Assembly (NCBI RefSeq): GCF_020745735.1
Contig: NW_026867863.1
Span: 1,048,504 to 1,112,503, forward strand
Reading direction: 5' to 3'
DNA: 64,000 nt
Source: Hemiscyllium ocellatum
Lineage: Eukaryota
Part shown: in pieces, positions 26,554 through 39,460 of the stretch
How positions within the stretch are numbered: position 1 is the stretch's first letter
How the letters are laid out: the number at the start of each line of letters is the position of its first letter
Notes under the pieces: generated by a model
Seen by the model: the letters and a program-made list of their open reading frames with translations, nothing else
The model's database searches: none
Told to the model about the DNA's origin: nothing
Position numbers and translations under genes: made by a program

Positions 26554-27799
26554 CTGACTAGAGAGTCCCCTATCACAATCGATCGTGTGGAACTGGATAT
26601 ACCTCACATTATGTTAGAAGCCAGTCTCAGTACCAGTAACTTGGCTGTCAGTGCTACATTCCCCTGAAAGACTATTACCACCACATTTTCCAAAATAGTG
26701 TACTTGTCTGAGATGCGGATAGCCACAGGAGACTACTGCAGTACCGACCTACCCCTCCGAGCTCTCCTAGAGGTAACCCATCTACCTGACTGTATCTGCA
26801 GTATTCTGCAATCCTGAAACTGCCACCTATCACACTCTCCGGCTCCTGTCAATTCATCACTGTCTTTAATCACTCCTCCACCTATCCATGCATTCCAATA
26901 GGATTTTCAATCACATTTCGTGCAGACGTAATCATCAGGATCATTGAAACTCTCCCTAATCTTCCACATCCGACAGGAACAGCACATTACTCAACAACAG
27001 GTCATCTCTCCGCCTTAACAGTCTACAGACCATGACAAAGACACAGTCTAACTGCTCAAAAAATACTGCCCGAGAATAGCAATGCTTATATTTCATATCT
27101 TAAATATTTACTCAAGAGACTGTAAGACATTAAAAAGAAATCCTCACCTGACTCACTATTGTAGATTTAATAAAATAAAACCGTCTAATATTGATGTTTG
27201 AAGAGAATGAAACGCACTGAGCTGATCCCCGGCTCTGAGTACTTCCAATGGTGAGGTCTCTCTGAGGGCAGCTGTGAAATGTCACTGTTTCTCTTCTCTG
27301 CCCACTCCATTTCCAGAGAGATTTTTAACCTCACAGCCAGTCAGCTCAGAGAGGCCACTGCTTGGTTTTATTCACTGCGAGTTGCCTTTGCTGCCCAGAC
27401 CAGTATTTATTGGCCACCTTTACTTGTCTTGGAGAAAGTGGTGGTTAACCGCCTCCCTGAAATGCTGCAGTCCATGTACACCACAGTGATGTTTGGACAA
27501 CAATCCCCCTCTGGCCCCACAACCCTCCCTGTTTCTGTAATCCTCCTCCGGCCCCACAACCCTCCCTGTCTCTGTAATCCCCCTCCGGCTTCAGAAAGTA
27601 CATGTCCGTGCCATCAGATTTTTATTTGGATTCATTTTTGTTTAATAAACCCCACCCCCCAAAAAAGTGTAATATTTCGGCCCCAAACAAATTTGTGTTG
27701 ATTGACCTTGTGGAGAGGCTGACACATGGACGTTGCAGTATTTTATCTCACATTGTACACGTAGAATGATGGAACTTTCTTTTAAACATTGCTAAAAAT

Positions 27800-28075
27800 T
27801 GAGGCAATGGCTTAATGGTATCCCTGCCAGATGAGTGATATGTGCAGTGTTCCGAGGATTAGGGTTAGAATCGCAACATGGCTGATGGCAGCATCGGAAT
27901 CCAATACAATCTAGAATGAAAAGGCGAATGATGATCATGAAACTATTGTCGATTGTTAGAAAACCCATCTGGTTCACTCATGTCCTGTCAGGAAGGAAAT
28001 GGCCATCCTCACCTGGTCTGCCAACATGTGACTCCAGACCCACAGCAATGTGGTTAACTCTCAACTGCCCTCACT
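27800..28075 (+). mobile_element. Second SINE family copy
   Basis: aaacccatctggttcactcatgtcc...gactccagacccacagcaatgtggttaactctcaactgccctc, as at 25120-25230. Confidence 0.75.
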
Positions 28076-28559
28076 AAAAATATATTAAAAATGTTAACAA
28101 ATACTCCGCAGGTATCACTTAAAAACTGGCGGTTCCCATTGGGACCATGTGAATTTCTGAACAGCCTGAACTAAAACGGAGTTTCAGCTTCACCGTTTCC
28201 CCGTCTCACATCAGTCTGTTTACACCCAACTCCAAAACACTCTCATTGAGCCAAGCAGCCCTCACAGTGCAACCCTGTCATTGTCATTGTCTGCTCATAC
28301 CTACACTGCCCTCAGCCTCCTCTACTGTTCCAATGCATCTCAATGGGAGCTCAGGAACAGCATCTTATCTTTCAATTCAGTCCCTTGTAATCCCAGAGTC
28401 AACATTGACCAGAGCAGTTTCTGAATGAACAGACAGTTGTCAGAATCTGGAACATTCCACCTGAAAAGGTACTGGAATTTGAGTCCAAAAGGATTTTTAA
28501 TGGGAAGTTTGCAGGGAATTGAAAATATGAAGTTGACAGGTTAACATCATGAAGTGGGT

Positions 28560-29470
28560 GATTGGGTCTAAATCAGACAGTTCTTACAAAGAGACGAGGT
28601 GTAATTTGGATAAATCTGTGCTCTCTCTCAGGACAATATCTCCTTCCTCAGCTGCAGGGCCCAGAACAGTGCACACACACACAAAGGGTGATCCAATCAC
28701 GAATTTGTACATCTTTCTGCTTAACAAAAATATTGGAGATATTTTCCCACAGACAGAACAGACAAACCTTTCTCCTTCCACAGTTAAATGCCAATGATAT
28801 TCAGATCCTGATGACTCCAATGACTGTAAAAACTTTGAGATCCCAGCCTCAATTATTCTGAATTGATATCCTATGAAATGAATTCACAAAACCAAACTCA
28901 CAGTCAGTACAGGAAGAATATAAAGACATACTTTTCTCATAGTATGTGCTTGATGTGTAAATACCTCTCTTCAAATCGTAAGCCCCACCCCATCCTAGGA
29001 AGGGGACATGCACATGCGCCTCACTGTACCTTGCCCCCAATAAAGATGACGACCATATCCCAGGTACTATCACTGCCTCAGGACCGCAGCCGTTTTCCCA
29101 TCTGCTGCAAACTGCAGGCAGTTTCTAATTCAGACTAACGACCCGCACAGAGTGTAATTAAAACTTCCCAGCCTAAAGTGACTCATTATCTCCCTGTCTC
29201 CGAGGCCACTCTCCCCTTCCCTGTTTGTGTCTCCCACATTCACCAACAGCCGAGTCACGTGACACTGCACAGGCGGAGTTACTGGTGACGTGTCATCCCA
29301 CTGGCCACGCCCCTCATTCACTCCCATTGTTTGGATGACCAGCTGGTTCCACTTGGTCCACCAGTCCCACCACCTTTTCCTATTGGTCCGAAGCTGCCAC
29401 CAATCAGCTGGACCCCATTGTGAGGTCAGTGGTGGGATCCTCCCCCTGCCTGAATCAAACCCGGAAGGTG
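28560..29470 (-). pseudogene. Decayed 5' module of a zinc-finger-type gene
   Basis: ORF MESSGSEYHWHLTVEGERFVCSVCGKIS starts like a C2H2 finger (F.C..CG) and then degenerates. A CpG/CCAAT-rich block lies upstream at 29200-29420. Confidence 0.55.
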
Positions 29471-29589
29471 GATGGATGGTGTCAATCAGGAACAACAAGC
29501 AGGAGGTGCTGGGAAAGCTCAGCAGGTCTGGCAGCATCTGGGAACAGAAATCTGTCCAGTGGCCCTTCCTCAGAACCGATGGGAACTGG

Positions 29590-29800
29590 GAAAATTAGAA
29601 TCCTGACAGTGTGGAAACAGGCCATCCTGCCCAAAAGTTCCACAGCGTCCCTCTGAAGCATATCCCTCCCAGACCCATTCCCCTACCCTATTACTGTATA
29701 TTTCACCTGACTAATGCACCGAACCTACACATCCCTGAGCATTATGGGAAATTTAGCTTGGCCAATTCAACTAACCTGACAAGTTTCTTTGTTCTGTAGG
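29590..29800 (-). mobile_element. V-SINE 3' part
   Basis: gaatcctgacagtgtggaaacaggcc...aacctacacatccctg. Confidence 0.7.
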
Positions 29801-29989
29801 AGATAGGGGTTTACGAGTTAATACTAGGCAGGGACAGAACTCAAAGAGAGACTGGAACATTTGGAAAGACAAAGGAATGGATCACGAGCTGGCTGGGAGG
29901 GTGCATAGTTGTTAATGGAGAAGACAGCAACCTGTGTGTGGCAGCATCTCAGTGGAGGTGGCGGAAATGGCGACTGATGATCTACGTTC

Positions 29990-30320
29990 TGCTGCAAAAA
30001 CAGACCCTGAGCTTCCAGCTGCCTGTCACTTTAACACATGAGCCTGTTCCCTGGCCAACGTCTCTGTCTCATGCTTACTGCAGTGTTCCACTGAATCCTG
30101 AACATACCAAATGGCCCCGTATTTCAAGGACCGCAATTTTCCATCCCACATGATCAATACCATCGAATGTGTCTCCTCCACTTCACGCATCTCTGCCTTT
30201 AAAACCCACACCTCCAACTGCAAAGATAGAATCCTCCCCAAGTCCTTACCTTCCACCCAGATACAACACATCATTCTCTGCAAGTTCCATCACCTACAAT
30301 CAGATCCCACCACCAGATTC
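29990..30320 (+). mobile_element. Neptune-type PLE fragment
   Basis: ORF MAPYFKDRNFPSHMINTIECVSSTSRISA resembles MVSFFKDHNIPSDVVDDALNHI of the 43774 ORF. Confidence 0.65.
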
Positions 30321-31629
30321 TTAAGGGTTTTGACAAGATAAATAGTTTCCCACCATAGGGGAGTCTGAAACCAAATTCCGGCTCTCTCACGGAATCAAGG
30401 GTTCCGTTTCAGATTCATCAAATGTAAGGCGACACAGACGCGGGGAAGAAGCAATGGAACTGGGGTGAGGAGGAGATAAACAACGTTCAAGAGATTGGAA
30501 TTCCTGGTGTTTGTGATTGTGTAGATGCCTGATCAGAAGGTCAGCTTGGGGTCAGATATGACATCAATACTGTGAAGAGTGTAGTTCTGCCTAAGAGAGT
30601 TCTCAGTGAGAGGGAGAGGCTCAGCAGTAATGGAAAGTAATTTATCAGGCCACGGGTTTAACCATTACAATGTTTCGTCGGAGGAAACTGCAGCTAATTG
30701 AGTAGTGTGAATGTGGTAAGAAGTTTGATAACGGAATAACAGTGGAGTAATGGAGAGGGATGTTGGGGAGGGAGAGCTGGGCAATGTCAGTGTCCATGTG
30801 AAACCTAACATGGTGCTTTTGCACAATGTCACCTCCTGGCAGTATGTAGGTGAGATACAGGAGGGACTAAGGACACCAAATGCAAGGAATTCAGAAAGGA
30901 AAGGGAGAGTGCAGATGGAGCAGGATTTTGGGAGAGAAGGACATAACCAGAAAAGACAGAACAAGGAACAATATCTGTGAATCAGTGAGGGGGACTGATG
31001 AGGAGGAGGAGGAGGAAAGAGAGTTGGAAAGTCTATAGTTTACTGAAATTAGGGTAAAGGGTCAAGATGAGCTCTGATAAGGCTTCACATGAGGTTGGAG
31101 AAAGATGTCTGTTTTGGACAAAAACCAGGAACACTCGGTGATGCAGTTTGACTCGGTGGGCTAGTGGGAGGGAGGGAAGCAAAATATCCGATTACCTCAG
31201 TCTTAGTGACAGTGAAACTCCATGGACTCAAAAGTCTGGTTGTTGGAGAGAAGGATGGAGGAGAGAGGATGATGGACAGTGTTTCACAAAGAAACAAAAC
31301 CGGGGTAAGTGATTTTCAAAGAGAGCGAACAAACCTGGTGTACGTAACTTCTATCCAGAATATTGCAACAAACGACTGAAGTCCTGGTTCCAATTCGGTC
31401 TTGGCAGATTGGGGAATCTGAATTCAAGAAAAAATAACTGGAATTAGGAATCTCCTGATCTCCATGGAACCATTTTCAATGGCGGAAAAACTCCTGCCAA
31501 CCTGACAGTGGCCCAGCCAGCTACTCACTGTATTAATCACTGCAAAGTCTCAACAAAGGAATGAAACTGGATGGACCACTTGGCATCGAACAGGGCATTA
31601 GGAAATACAACCACAGAATCAGCCCGCTC

Positions 31630-33230
31630 GATGGTGCAACGTCCTCCAGACTAACATCTGGAGTTTGGTGCCAAAATGTGCATAGCTGTCTCACAGACCA
31701 ATCAAGGAACAGCCTGACATACTCATACTCATGAAATCAACCCTTACAGACAATGACCAGACACCAGATATCGGGAGTGTGGTGATGGAAAAGCACAACA
31801 GGTCAGGCAGCATTCGAGGAGAAGATTAGAATCGACATTTCGGGCCTAAGCACTTCATCAGCCTGACCTGCTGTGCTTTTGCAGCACCACACTCTCCACT
31901 CTGATCTCCAGCATCTGCAGTCTTCACGTTCTCGTGAAATCTCTGGATATGTCTGGTCCCACCGGCAGGACAGACCCGGCAGAGGTGGTGTACAGACAGG
32001 GAGGATTGCCATGGGAGGATTCAGCATTGGCTCCGGACAGCAGGAAGTCTCATGACTCTTGCTGATTACCACGTATCGTCCTCCCTTGGCTGATGAATCA
32101 GTTGTCCTTCATGTTAAACAACATTTGGAGGAAGCACTGAGGAAGTAAAATGGTGTCAAACGTACTCTGGGTACAGGATTTCAATGTCCACAATCGAGAC
32201 TAGCTCTGCAACAGAATTACTGGCAGAGCTGGTCAGGTCCTAAAGGATATAGCTGCTCAACGGAGTCTGCAGCAGGTAGTGAGGGAACCAACAAGAGGGA
32301 AAAACATACTTGATCTCATTGTTATGAATTGACCAGCTGCAGATACATCTGTCCATGACAGTATTGGTAAGAGCGACCATCACACATTCCTTTTGGAGAT
32401 ATAAGTCTTGGCTTAAAGCTGAGAAAAACCTCCCTTGTGCTGAGTGGTACTATCACCGTGCTAAATGGGACAGATGTAGGAACTCAAACTGGATCTCTCT
32501 GAGGCACTGTGGGATAACAACAGCAACAGAACTTTACTCCAACACAATCTGTAATCTCATGGGTTTGTACATCCTGCACTCACCCATCACAACGGACAGG
32601 AAAGGAGGGCATGCCTTGAGCAGCACCAGGCATACCTAAAAATGAAGTGCCAACCTGGTGAAGCTACCTAACAGGACCATCTGCATATCAAACAGCATCA
32701 GTAGCAAGTGACAGAGCTAAGTGATCCCACAACCAATGGAACAGATCAGAGCTCTGCAGTTCTGCCACACCCAGTTGTGAACGGTGATGGACAATTAAAC
32801 AACTCATTGGAGGAAGCATCACAGATATCCCCACCCTTACTGATGGAGGGGTTAAGTAGTGCAAAGGCTATCGGCCCTGCCAATAGTCTGGCAATAATAC
32901 TGATGGCTTGCGCTCCAGAACTTGCCACCCACCAAGCCAAGTACCGCTCCAGCACTGGCATCTACCGACAATGTGGAACATTGCCCAGGGATGTTCAACA
33001 CAAAAACACAGCGCAATCCAATCCAGGAAATTTCCCTCTGTCAGTCCACACTCGATCAGCAGTAAAGTGATGGAAGATGTCATCACCAGGGCTACCAAGC
33101 AGAAGCTGCTCAGCAACAGCCAGCTGAGTGACACTCATTTTAGGCTCCACCAGGGCCACTCAGCTCCCGATTGTGTTACCGCCTGATTCACAACCTGACA
33201 ACCAGCTGAATCCCAGAGGTGAGGTGAGGG
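31630..33230 (+). mobile_element. L2/CR1-clade LINE endonuclease-RT fragment
   Basis: GYVWSHRQDRPGRGG, and downstream KAIGPANSLAIILMACAPELA (K..GPD.I...L..CAPEL motif). Confidence 0.75.
31775..31935. mobile_element. Inverted pair of PLE terminal blocks inside a LINE
   Basis: ggaaaagcacaacaggtcagg (about 31787-31807) faces cctgacctgctgtgcttttgc (about 31862-31882), with a degenerate hammerhead between them. Confidence 0.7.
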
Positions 33231-34439
33231 GGACAGCCCAGTCCCACTCCAACACCACTATTTCTAGCTGATTCCACCCTTGTCTCAGCTCATATATTCT
33301 CTTTATACAAACACACTCCTGACCAGCTTCCCACATTCAACCTCCCTGTTGAACTCAACAAAAACTAAATCTCTGCTGCCCAAGTTCTCCCTCGTACCAA
33401 AACTTGTTGATCCATCAAAAGTCTGCTATTCATAATCAACAACATAGAGCCATAGAGATGTACAGCATGGAAACAGACCCTTCAATCCAACCTGTCCATG
33501 CCGACCAGATATCCCAACCTGATCTAGTCTCACCTGCCAGCATCCGGCCCACATCCCTCAATTTAAAATTCTCACCCTTGATGTAATTCCTGGTTGTGAT
33601 CATCCCTAGCTCGCTGTATCTCACACCATTTGAGACCTCGACAACCCATTCTGTTCGAGACTCCCAATGATCTGGTAATTCATTACCTCACCTGTGTGGC
33701 TGCTTTTACAGTTGCCAAAGCAGCAAGGTCTGAAATTCACAGCCAAACCTTCATAGGTCTGCTTTCCTCCTTTAAGACATTCCTCAAAACCTGCTTATTT
33801 GGCAATGCTTTTGGTTGTCTGACCTAATATCACCATCTCTGGCCTTATGTCTAAAGTTCGCAATAATATTTTTGCGAAATTATAAGCATGATAATGAAAC
33901 TACAAACTGTTCTTGATTGGACATTATCTTCACATCATCACTGTTGCTGTAATGAATACTCTGTAATGTCTCTTACCCAACCACATTGTGGGAGCACCTT
34001 CACCACACAAACTGCAGCTGTACAAGAAAATCAAACATCACCCTCTCCACAGGCAACAGGGCTTTGGGACTGAATCACTGGAATCAGTGGAAGGAGAAAC
34101 ACAGTTGATGTTTCAGGGATTGCAAAATGGATTACAGTGAATGAAAATGGTTCAGAATTTGATAGTCAGAAATGGAAGGAAAATACACTTGCTTATTGGA
34201 AAAAGGAATTCTTGACTGTCAAAGATTTTCCAGAAAAATATTAATAAGCAGCACATGGTCAGGGGCTGGGCGGCAGTGAAAAATTAACTTACAAAATTAT
34301 CTGTAAAAGTAATAGTAAAATACTAAACAGACCAAAAATACACCAATTGTTCGAGACTGAGGAAGCTAGATATTGACAAAGTGGTCATGAGGGAGCCCAG
34401 AGATGAAGCAGAGCAGTATAAGCTGTTATGATCCCACAG

Positions 34440-35260
34440 TCATAGAGATGTATAGCACCGACACAGACCCTTCGGTCTAACTCATCCAAGCCAACCAGGT
34501 ATCCGAACCTAATCTATTCCCATTTGCCAGCACTTGGCCCATATCCCTGTAAACGCTTCCTAATCATATCATGTGTCTATTTAGATGCCTTTAACATGTT
34601 TTAGTTGTACGCGTCTCCATCACTTCCTCTGGCAGCTCATTCCACCCACTGCATGAAAGAGTTGTCATTTAGGCCCCTTTGAAATTTTATCCTTTCACCC
34701 TAAAGCAATGCCCTCTACTTCTGGACACCACCACTCCAGGGAAAACACCTTGTTCGTTTACACTATTCATGCCCCTCATGATAGTATAAACCTCCATAAC
34801 ATCACCGCTCAGCCTATGGCACTCCGGGGAAACAGTCCCAGCCTTTTATGCCTCAACCTGTAGCTCAATCTCAAACCCTAACAACATCCTTGGAAGTCTT
34901 TTTTGAAACCTTTCAAGTTTCACAGCACCCTTCTGATCGGAAGGCCAGAACTGCACACAATATTCCAAACGTGGCCTAACGAATGTCCTGTACAGCAACA
35001 GGACCTCCCACATCCTATACTCAACGCTCGAACCAATAAAGGAAAACATACTGAACACCTTCTTCATCATCCTATCTACCTGCAACTTGACTTGCAAAGA
35101 CTATGAACCCGCAGTCCAAGGTCTCTTTGTTCCGCAAACATCTCCAGGGCCTTGCCATTCAGTGTATAAGTCCTGCCCTGATTTGCTTTTCCAAAATGCA
35201 GCACGTCACATTTATCAAAATTAAACTCCATCTCATCAATATCTCATAGTAATCTGAGGT
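34440..35260 (-). mobile_element. CR1 LINE 3' portion
   Basis: ORF LYRTFVRPRLEYCVQFWP....AVKLERFQKRLPRML. Confidence 0.85.
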
Positions 35261-36009
35261 AACCTTCTTGTTTATCCACAATACCTCCAATTTTATATGA
35301 CCTGCAAACTCATTTACGATACCAAATCATTTAAATGAATGACGAAACAAATCCAGAAATTAACATCCATTTCTCTGAGTTTGAATGTGCTCTGTGTAAA
35401 TCCTGCCCAATGACTCTGTACCAGAGAAAGGCTGCACATGCGCCTGGCTGCACCTTGCCCCCTACAAAGCTGGCGGCTCCACACGTGTCCAGTGAATTCT
35501 TGTCCCAAATAAAGATGGTGACTCGTACTCATGGGTGCAGCCACACTGAGGCAAGTCCCCGTTTACTGAAAACACGAGACTGGGATGTTCAACTTTGTGT
35601 TTTCCGATGTGCACATTTTGTTTGTAAAACCTCTCCGCTCATACAGAACCTCTCTCACCTCCTGCTGTTCCACAGACAGCCTTGATGTTTGCGGGTACCT
35701 ATTCTCTGCCTGATTACTCATTTGTCCTTAGTGTATTTGTACAATCACTTTGGATTCTCCTTAAACCCATTTCCGAAAGCTATGTCATGTCCCCTTTTTG
35801 CCCTCCTGGTTTACCTCGAGTATACTCCTACTGCCCCTATACTCCTCTAGGGATTTTCAGAAATACAGCTCTCTGTACCTCCCATATGCCTCCTTCATTT
35901 TCTTGACCAGGCCCTCAATTTCTTTCGACAGGCAGCATTCTCTACATCTCCCAGCCTTGGCCTTAACAGGAACATACTGCCTATATACTCTCACTGTCAC
36001 AGGCCTATG

Positions 36010-37525
36010 GAGGCAATGGCAGATGAGGACAGAGAAACAATCACTCCCAGTAAAGAGGCAATGTTGGAAAGATAACAGCCTAAAGGTAGATGGGTCTCCT
36101 GGCCCTGATGGAATGCATTCCAGGGACTAAAGAAGATGGTGGGGGTGGGGGAATAACAAATAGACTCGTGACAATTCACTACAATTTGTTGGATTCTGGG
36201 ATGGTTTGGACAGACTAGAAGCTGCAAATTGATAACATTATTTTTCAAAAAGGACCCGTTAGCTTAACTTCTGTAGTGGAGAAAATGCTTGAATCCCTCG
36301 AGGAAGTAGTGGTGAGATATCTGGGTAGAAATTTTCTCATTTCGCAGACACAGCATGGATTCATGAAAGGCAGGTCACGTTTAATGGATTTCCTGGAATT
36401 ATTTGAGGATACGACGAGAGCGTTGGACAAGGCGGACTCGGGGGAGGTGGTGTACCTGGATTTCCAGAAGGTATTCGGTAAGTTGCCACACAAAAGACTG
36501 CTGTATTAGGTAAAGATGCACAGCATTATGGGTAATTATCATTGATACAGGATCGGTTAACAAACAAAAAATACAGAATGGGGATAAATGGGTGTTTGGA
36601 TTAGTGTTGGCACTACAACTGTTTGCAATTTACACAAATGTTTTGGAGTTGAGGACCAAGTATACGGCGTGAGAGTTCACATTTCATACAAAGATGAGGT
36701 AGAGCAGTGTCTGCAGAGACCACTGTCATTCTGCACAGGGATACAGAGAGGTTACGTGGGTGGGTAAGGATCTGGCAGATGGAGTACAATGTTGGGATAC
36801 GTGAGGTCATCCATTTTTGTCGGACTAACAGCAAACTGGATGATGAAATGATGTAAACATGCAGCAGGCTGCTGTGCAGAGGGAGCTGGGTGTCCTTGTG
36901 CATGAATCACAGGAAGCTGGTTTGCAGGTACAGCAGGTAATTAAGGCAGTGAAGGGAATATTGTCCTTCATTGCTAGAGGGATGGTTATGCTGCAGCTGT
37001 ACAGGGGGCTGGGGAGGCCACACCTGGAGTACTGTGTACAGGTTTGGTCTCCTTCCATTAGCAAGGATGTACTGGCACTGCAGGGAGTACAGAGGAAGTT
37101 CACTAGTTTGAGTTGGGAGTGGAGGGTTGGTGTATGTGGAGAGATTGAGAAAACTGGTTCTATCGTCATTGTAATTTAGAAGAATGGGAGGTTGGAGAGG
37201 AAACAATAAAATTATGAAGGGAGTAGATAAGATAGAAGCAGGGAGGCTATTTCCCCTGGGGGCGGGTCCAACTACAGAGCATAACCTCAAAATAAGGGGG
37301 AGCAGATTTAGGACTGAGTTCAGGAGGAGCTTCTTCAGCTAAAGGTTGTGAATCTGTGGAATTCCCTGCTGAGTCCAACATTTGACGTTATCAACTTGAA
37401 TGCCTTTAAGGCAAAATTAGATTTGTGAACAGGAAAGGAATTAAGGGTTATGGTGAGAGAGCAGGAATGTGGAGCTGAGGCCATGAAAAGATCAGCCCTC
37501 ATCTTATTGAATGGTAGAGCAGGCT
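36010..37525 (+). mobile_element. CR1 LINE RT and 3' end
   Basis: QHGFMKGRSRLMDFLELFE, VVYLDFQKVFGKLPHKRLL, LYRGLGRPHLEYCVQVWSP. Confidence 0.9.
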
Positions 37526-37624
37526 GCAGGGGCCAGATGAAAGTTCTTGCCTTGTGCCATCAAAATTGGCCTTTGCCCAATTCAGAACCTTAACTTTTAG
37601 ATCTGGTCTATTATTTTCTGTAAC

Positions 37625-37865
37625 TATTTTAAAACTAGTAGAATAATCAGAGAATCCCAAGTGTGGAAGCAGGTCATTCAGCACATCACATTGATACTGA
37701 CCTGGAGAGCCTCCTAACCTCCCCCTGTAACATTGCATTTGCCAGGGCCAGTCAACCTGCACATCCCTGAACATTATGGGCAATTCAGCCTGGACATTCC
37801 ACCTAACCTGCACCTTTTTGGACTATGGGAGGAAACCGGAGCACCCGGACAAAATCCATGCAGAA
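37625..37865 (-). mobile_element. V-SINE 3' part
   Basis: aacctgcacctttttggactatgggaggaaaccggagcacccgg. Confidence 0.75.
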
Positions 37866-37879
37866 AACCCCAATAAGGT

Positions 37880-38790
37880 GATCATCCCTTTCTTATTTCC
37901 CAGTTCCACCTAATAACTTCACTGGGCATACTTCAGGAATATCTTCCCTAAGCAAAAACATAATGCTATCCAGAATCAAAAATTCCACTCCTCCCCCTCT
38001 CCTGTCCCCCTTTCCATTCTTCCAATAGCATCTATACCCTGGAACATTAAGCTGCCAGTCCTATCCATCCCTGAGTGATGCCTCTGTAATTGCTATAATA
38101 TCCCAGTGCCATGTCCAAAGTCATACCCTAAGCTCATCTGCCTTCCCTGTCAGGCCTCTTCTATTGAAGTAAATGCAGTGCAACTGCTCGGTCCGACTTC
38201 ATTCTGTGCCTTGCCCTTGCCTGCCTTGACTATTTGACTTCTGAACTGTACCAGCCTCAGACATGTCTCTTTCCTCACTATCTTCTTGGGTTTACACCCA
38301 CTCCCTCACTGGTTTAATGCCTCCCGAGTATCACCAGCAAATCTCCCTGCCTGGATGTTAGACACCTTCCAATTCAGATACAATCCATCCTTCTTGTGCA
38401 GGTCAACTCTACTCCAGAGGAGATCATAATGATCCAAAAAACGTGAATCCTTTTCCCCTGCACCAGCTCCTTAGCCACTCATCCAGCACCTCCTCCTCTA
38501 TAATATGGACATTTTTCAAGATGTCACCATTTATTTCCCCACATTCTATATCTCCCATGTACTTCTTCACAGTAAACACTGATGCAAAATACTGGTTTTC
38601 TATCTCGCCCATCGCCTGCAGCTCCACACAATGGCTGCCTTGCTGATCTTTGCGGGTCTCTTATTTTCTCCCTAGTTAGCCTTTTGTTCTTCATGTATTT
38701 CTAAAAGCTCTTTGGATTATCCTTAACCTTATTCGCCAAAGCTATCTCACGTCCATTTTTTGCCTCCTGATTTCCCTCTGAATTATACTC
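37880..38790 (-). mobile_element. CR1 LINE endonuclease/linker fragments
   Basis: ENQYFASVFTVKK ORF, and homology to 25680-25990. Confidence 0.75.
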
Positions 38791-38934
38791 CTAATGCCTT
38801 TATACTCAAAAGGACTTTTTGGATTGGAATAAATGCAAAATATAACATCCTGACAAAACAAACGAGGGTAGGACTTACACTCAATAAAAATAGGGCCTTG
38901 AGTAGTGATATGGGAACAAAGAGACCGAGGGCTT

Positions 38935-39460
38935 CACGTTTTTGAAGTTTGTGTTACATGTAGACAGGGTGGTTAAGAAGGTGCTCAGCACACTGACCAT
39001 CATTATTCAGACCTTGGAGTACAGGAATTGGGACATTATGTTGAGGATGTACAGGACGTTGGAAGGCCCCTTCTGGAATACTCTGTCCAGATCTGGTTGT
39101 GCTGTTATAGGAAGGATATTATTAAATTGGAGCAGGTTCAGAAGAGATTGACCAGCATGTTGCCATGAATGGAGGGATTGTATTATAAGGAGAGGCTGGA
39201 TAGGCTGGGAATTTTTTCAATGGAGTGCAGAAGGTTGAGGGGTGACCTTATGAGAGGTTTTTAAAATCAGAAAGAGTGTAGATAAGGGGGATAGCCGGGG
39301 AAGAGGGGGATTCAAAACTCGGGTGCATTCATTTTGGGAAGAGATGAGAAAGGTTTGAGAAAAGACATTAAGGTTTCAAAAAAAATGTGTGGATGAACTT
39401 CCAGAGGAAGTGTAGCTGTGAATACAATTACAATATTTAAAAGACATTCAGATAAGTTGT
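38935..39460 (+). mobile_element. CR1 LINE 3' portion
   Basis: IQTLEYRNWDIMLRMYRTLE.P..EY. Confidence 0.8.

Larger units (their letters stand above)
25330..27400 (-). mobile_element. CR1 LINE 5' region (ORF1 remnant and endonuclease start), interrupted by the palindromic insert
   Basis: Endonuclease-like ISGFNF.NI.....SVKGLDG..FVQCV.E.F. Block 25680-25990 is closely similar to 38025-38330. Confidence 0.7.

Noticed and set aside
27482-27510. Perfect RSS heptamers or nonamer (CACAGTG at 27482, 28263, 55818; ACAAAAACC at 31118)
   Set aside because: None has a partner motif at 12 or 22/23 nt spacing. This is expected by chance in 64 kb.
27502-27589. 37-bp repeat, about 2.4 copies
   Set aside because: It is an ordinary short minisatellite with no sign of function.
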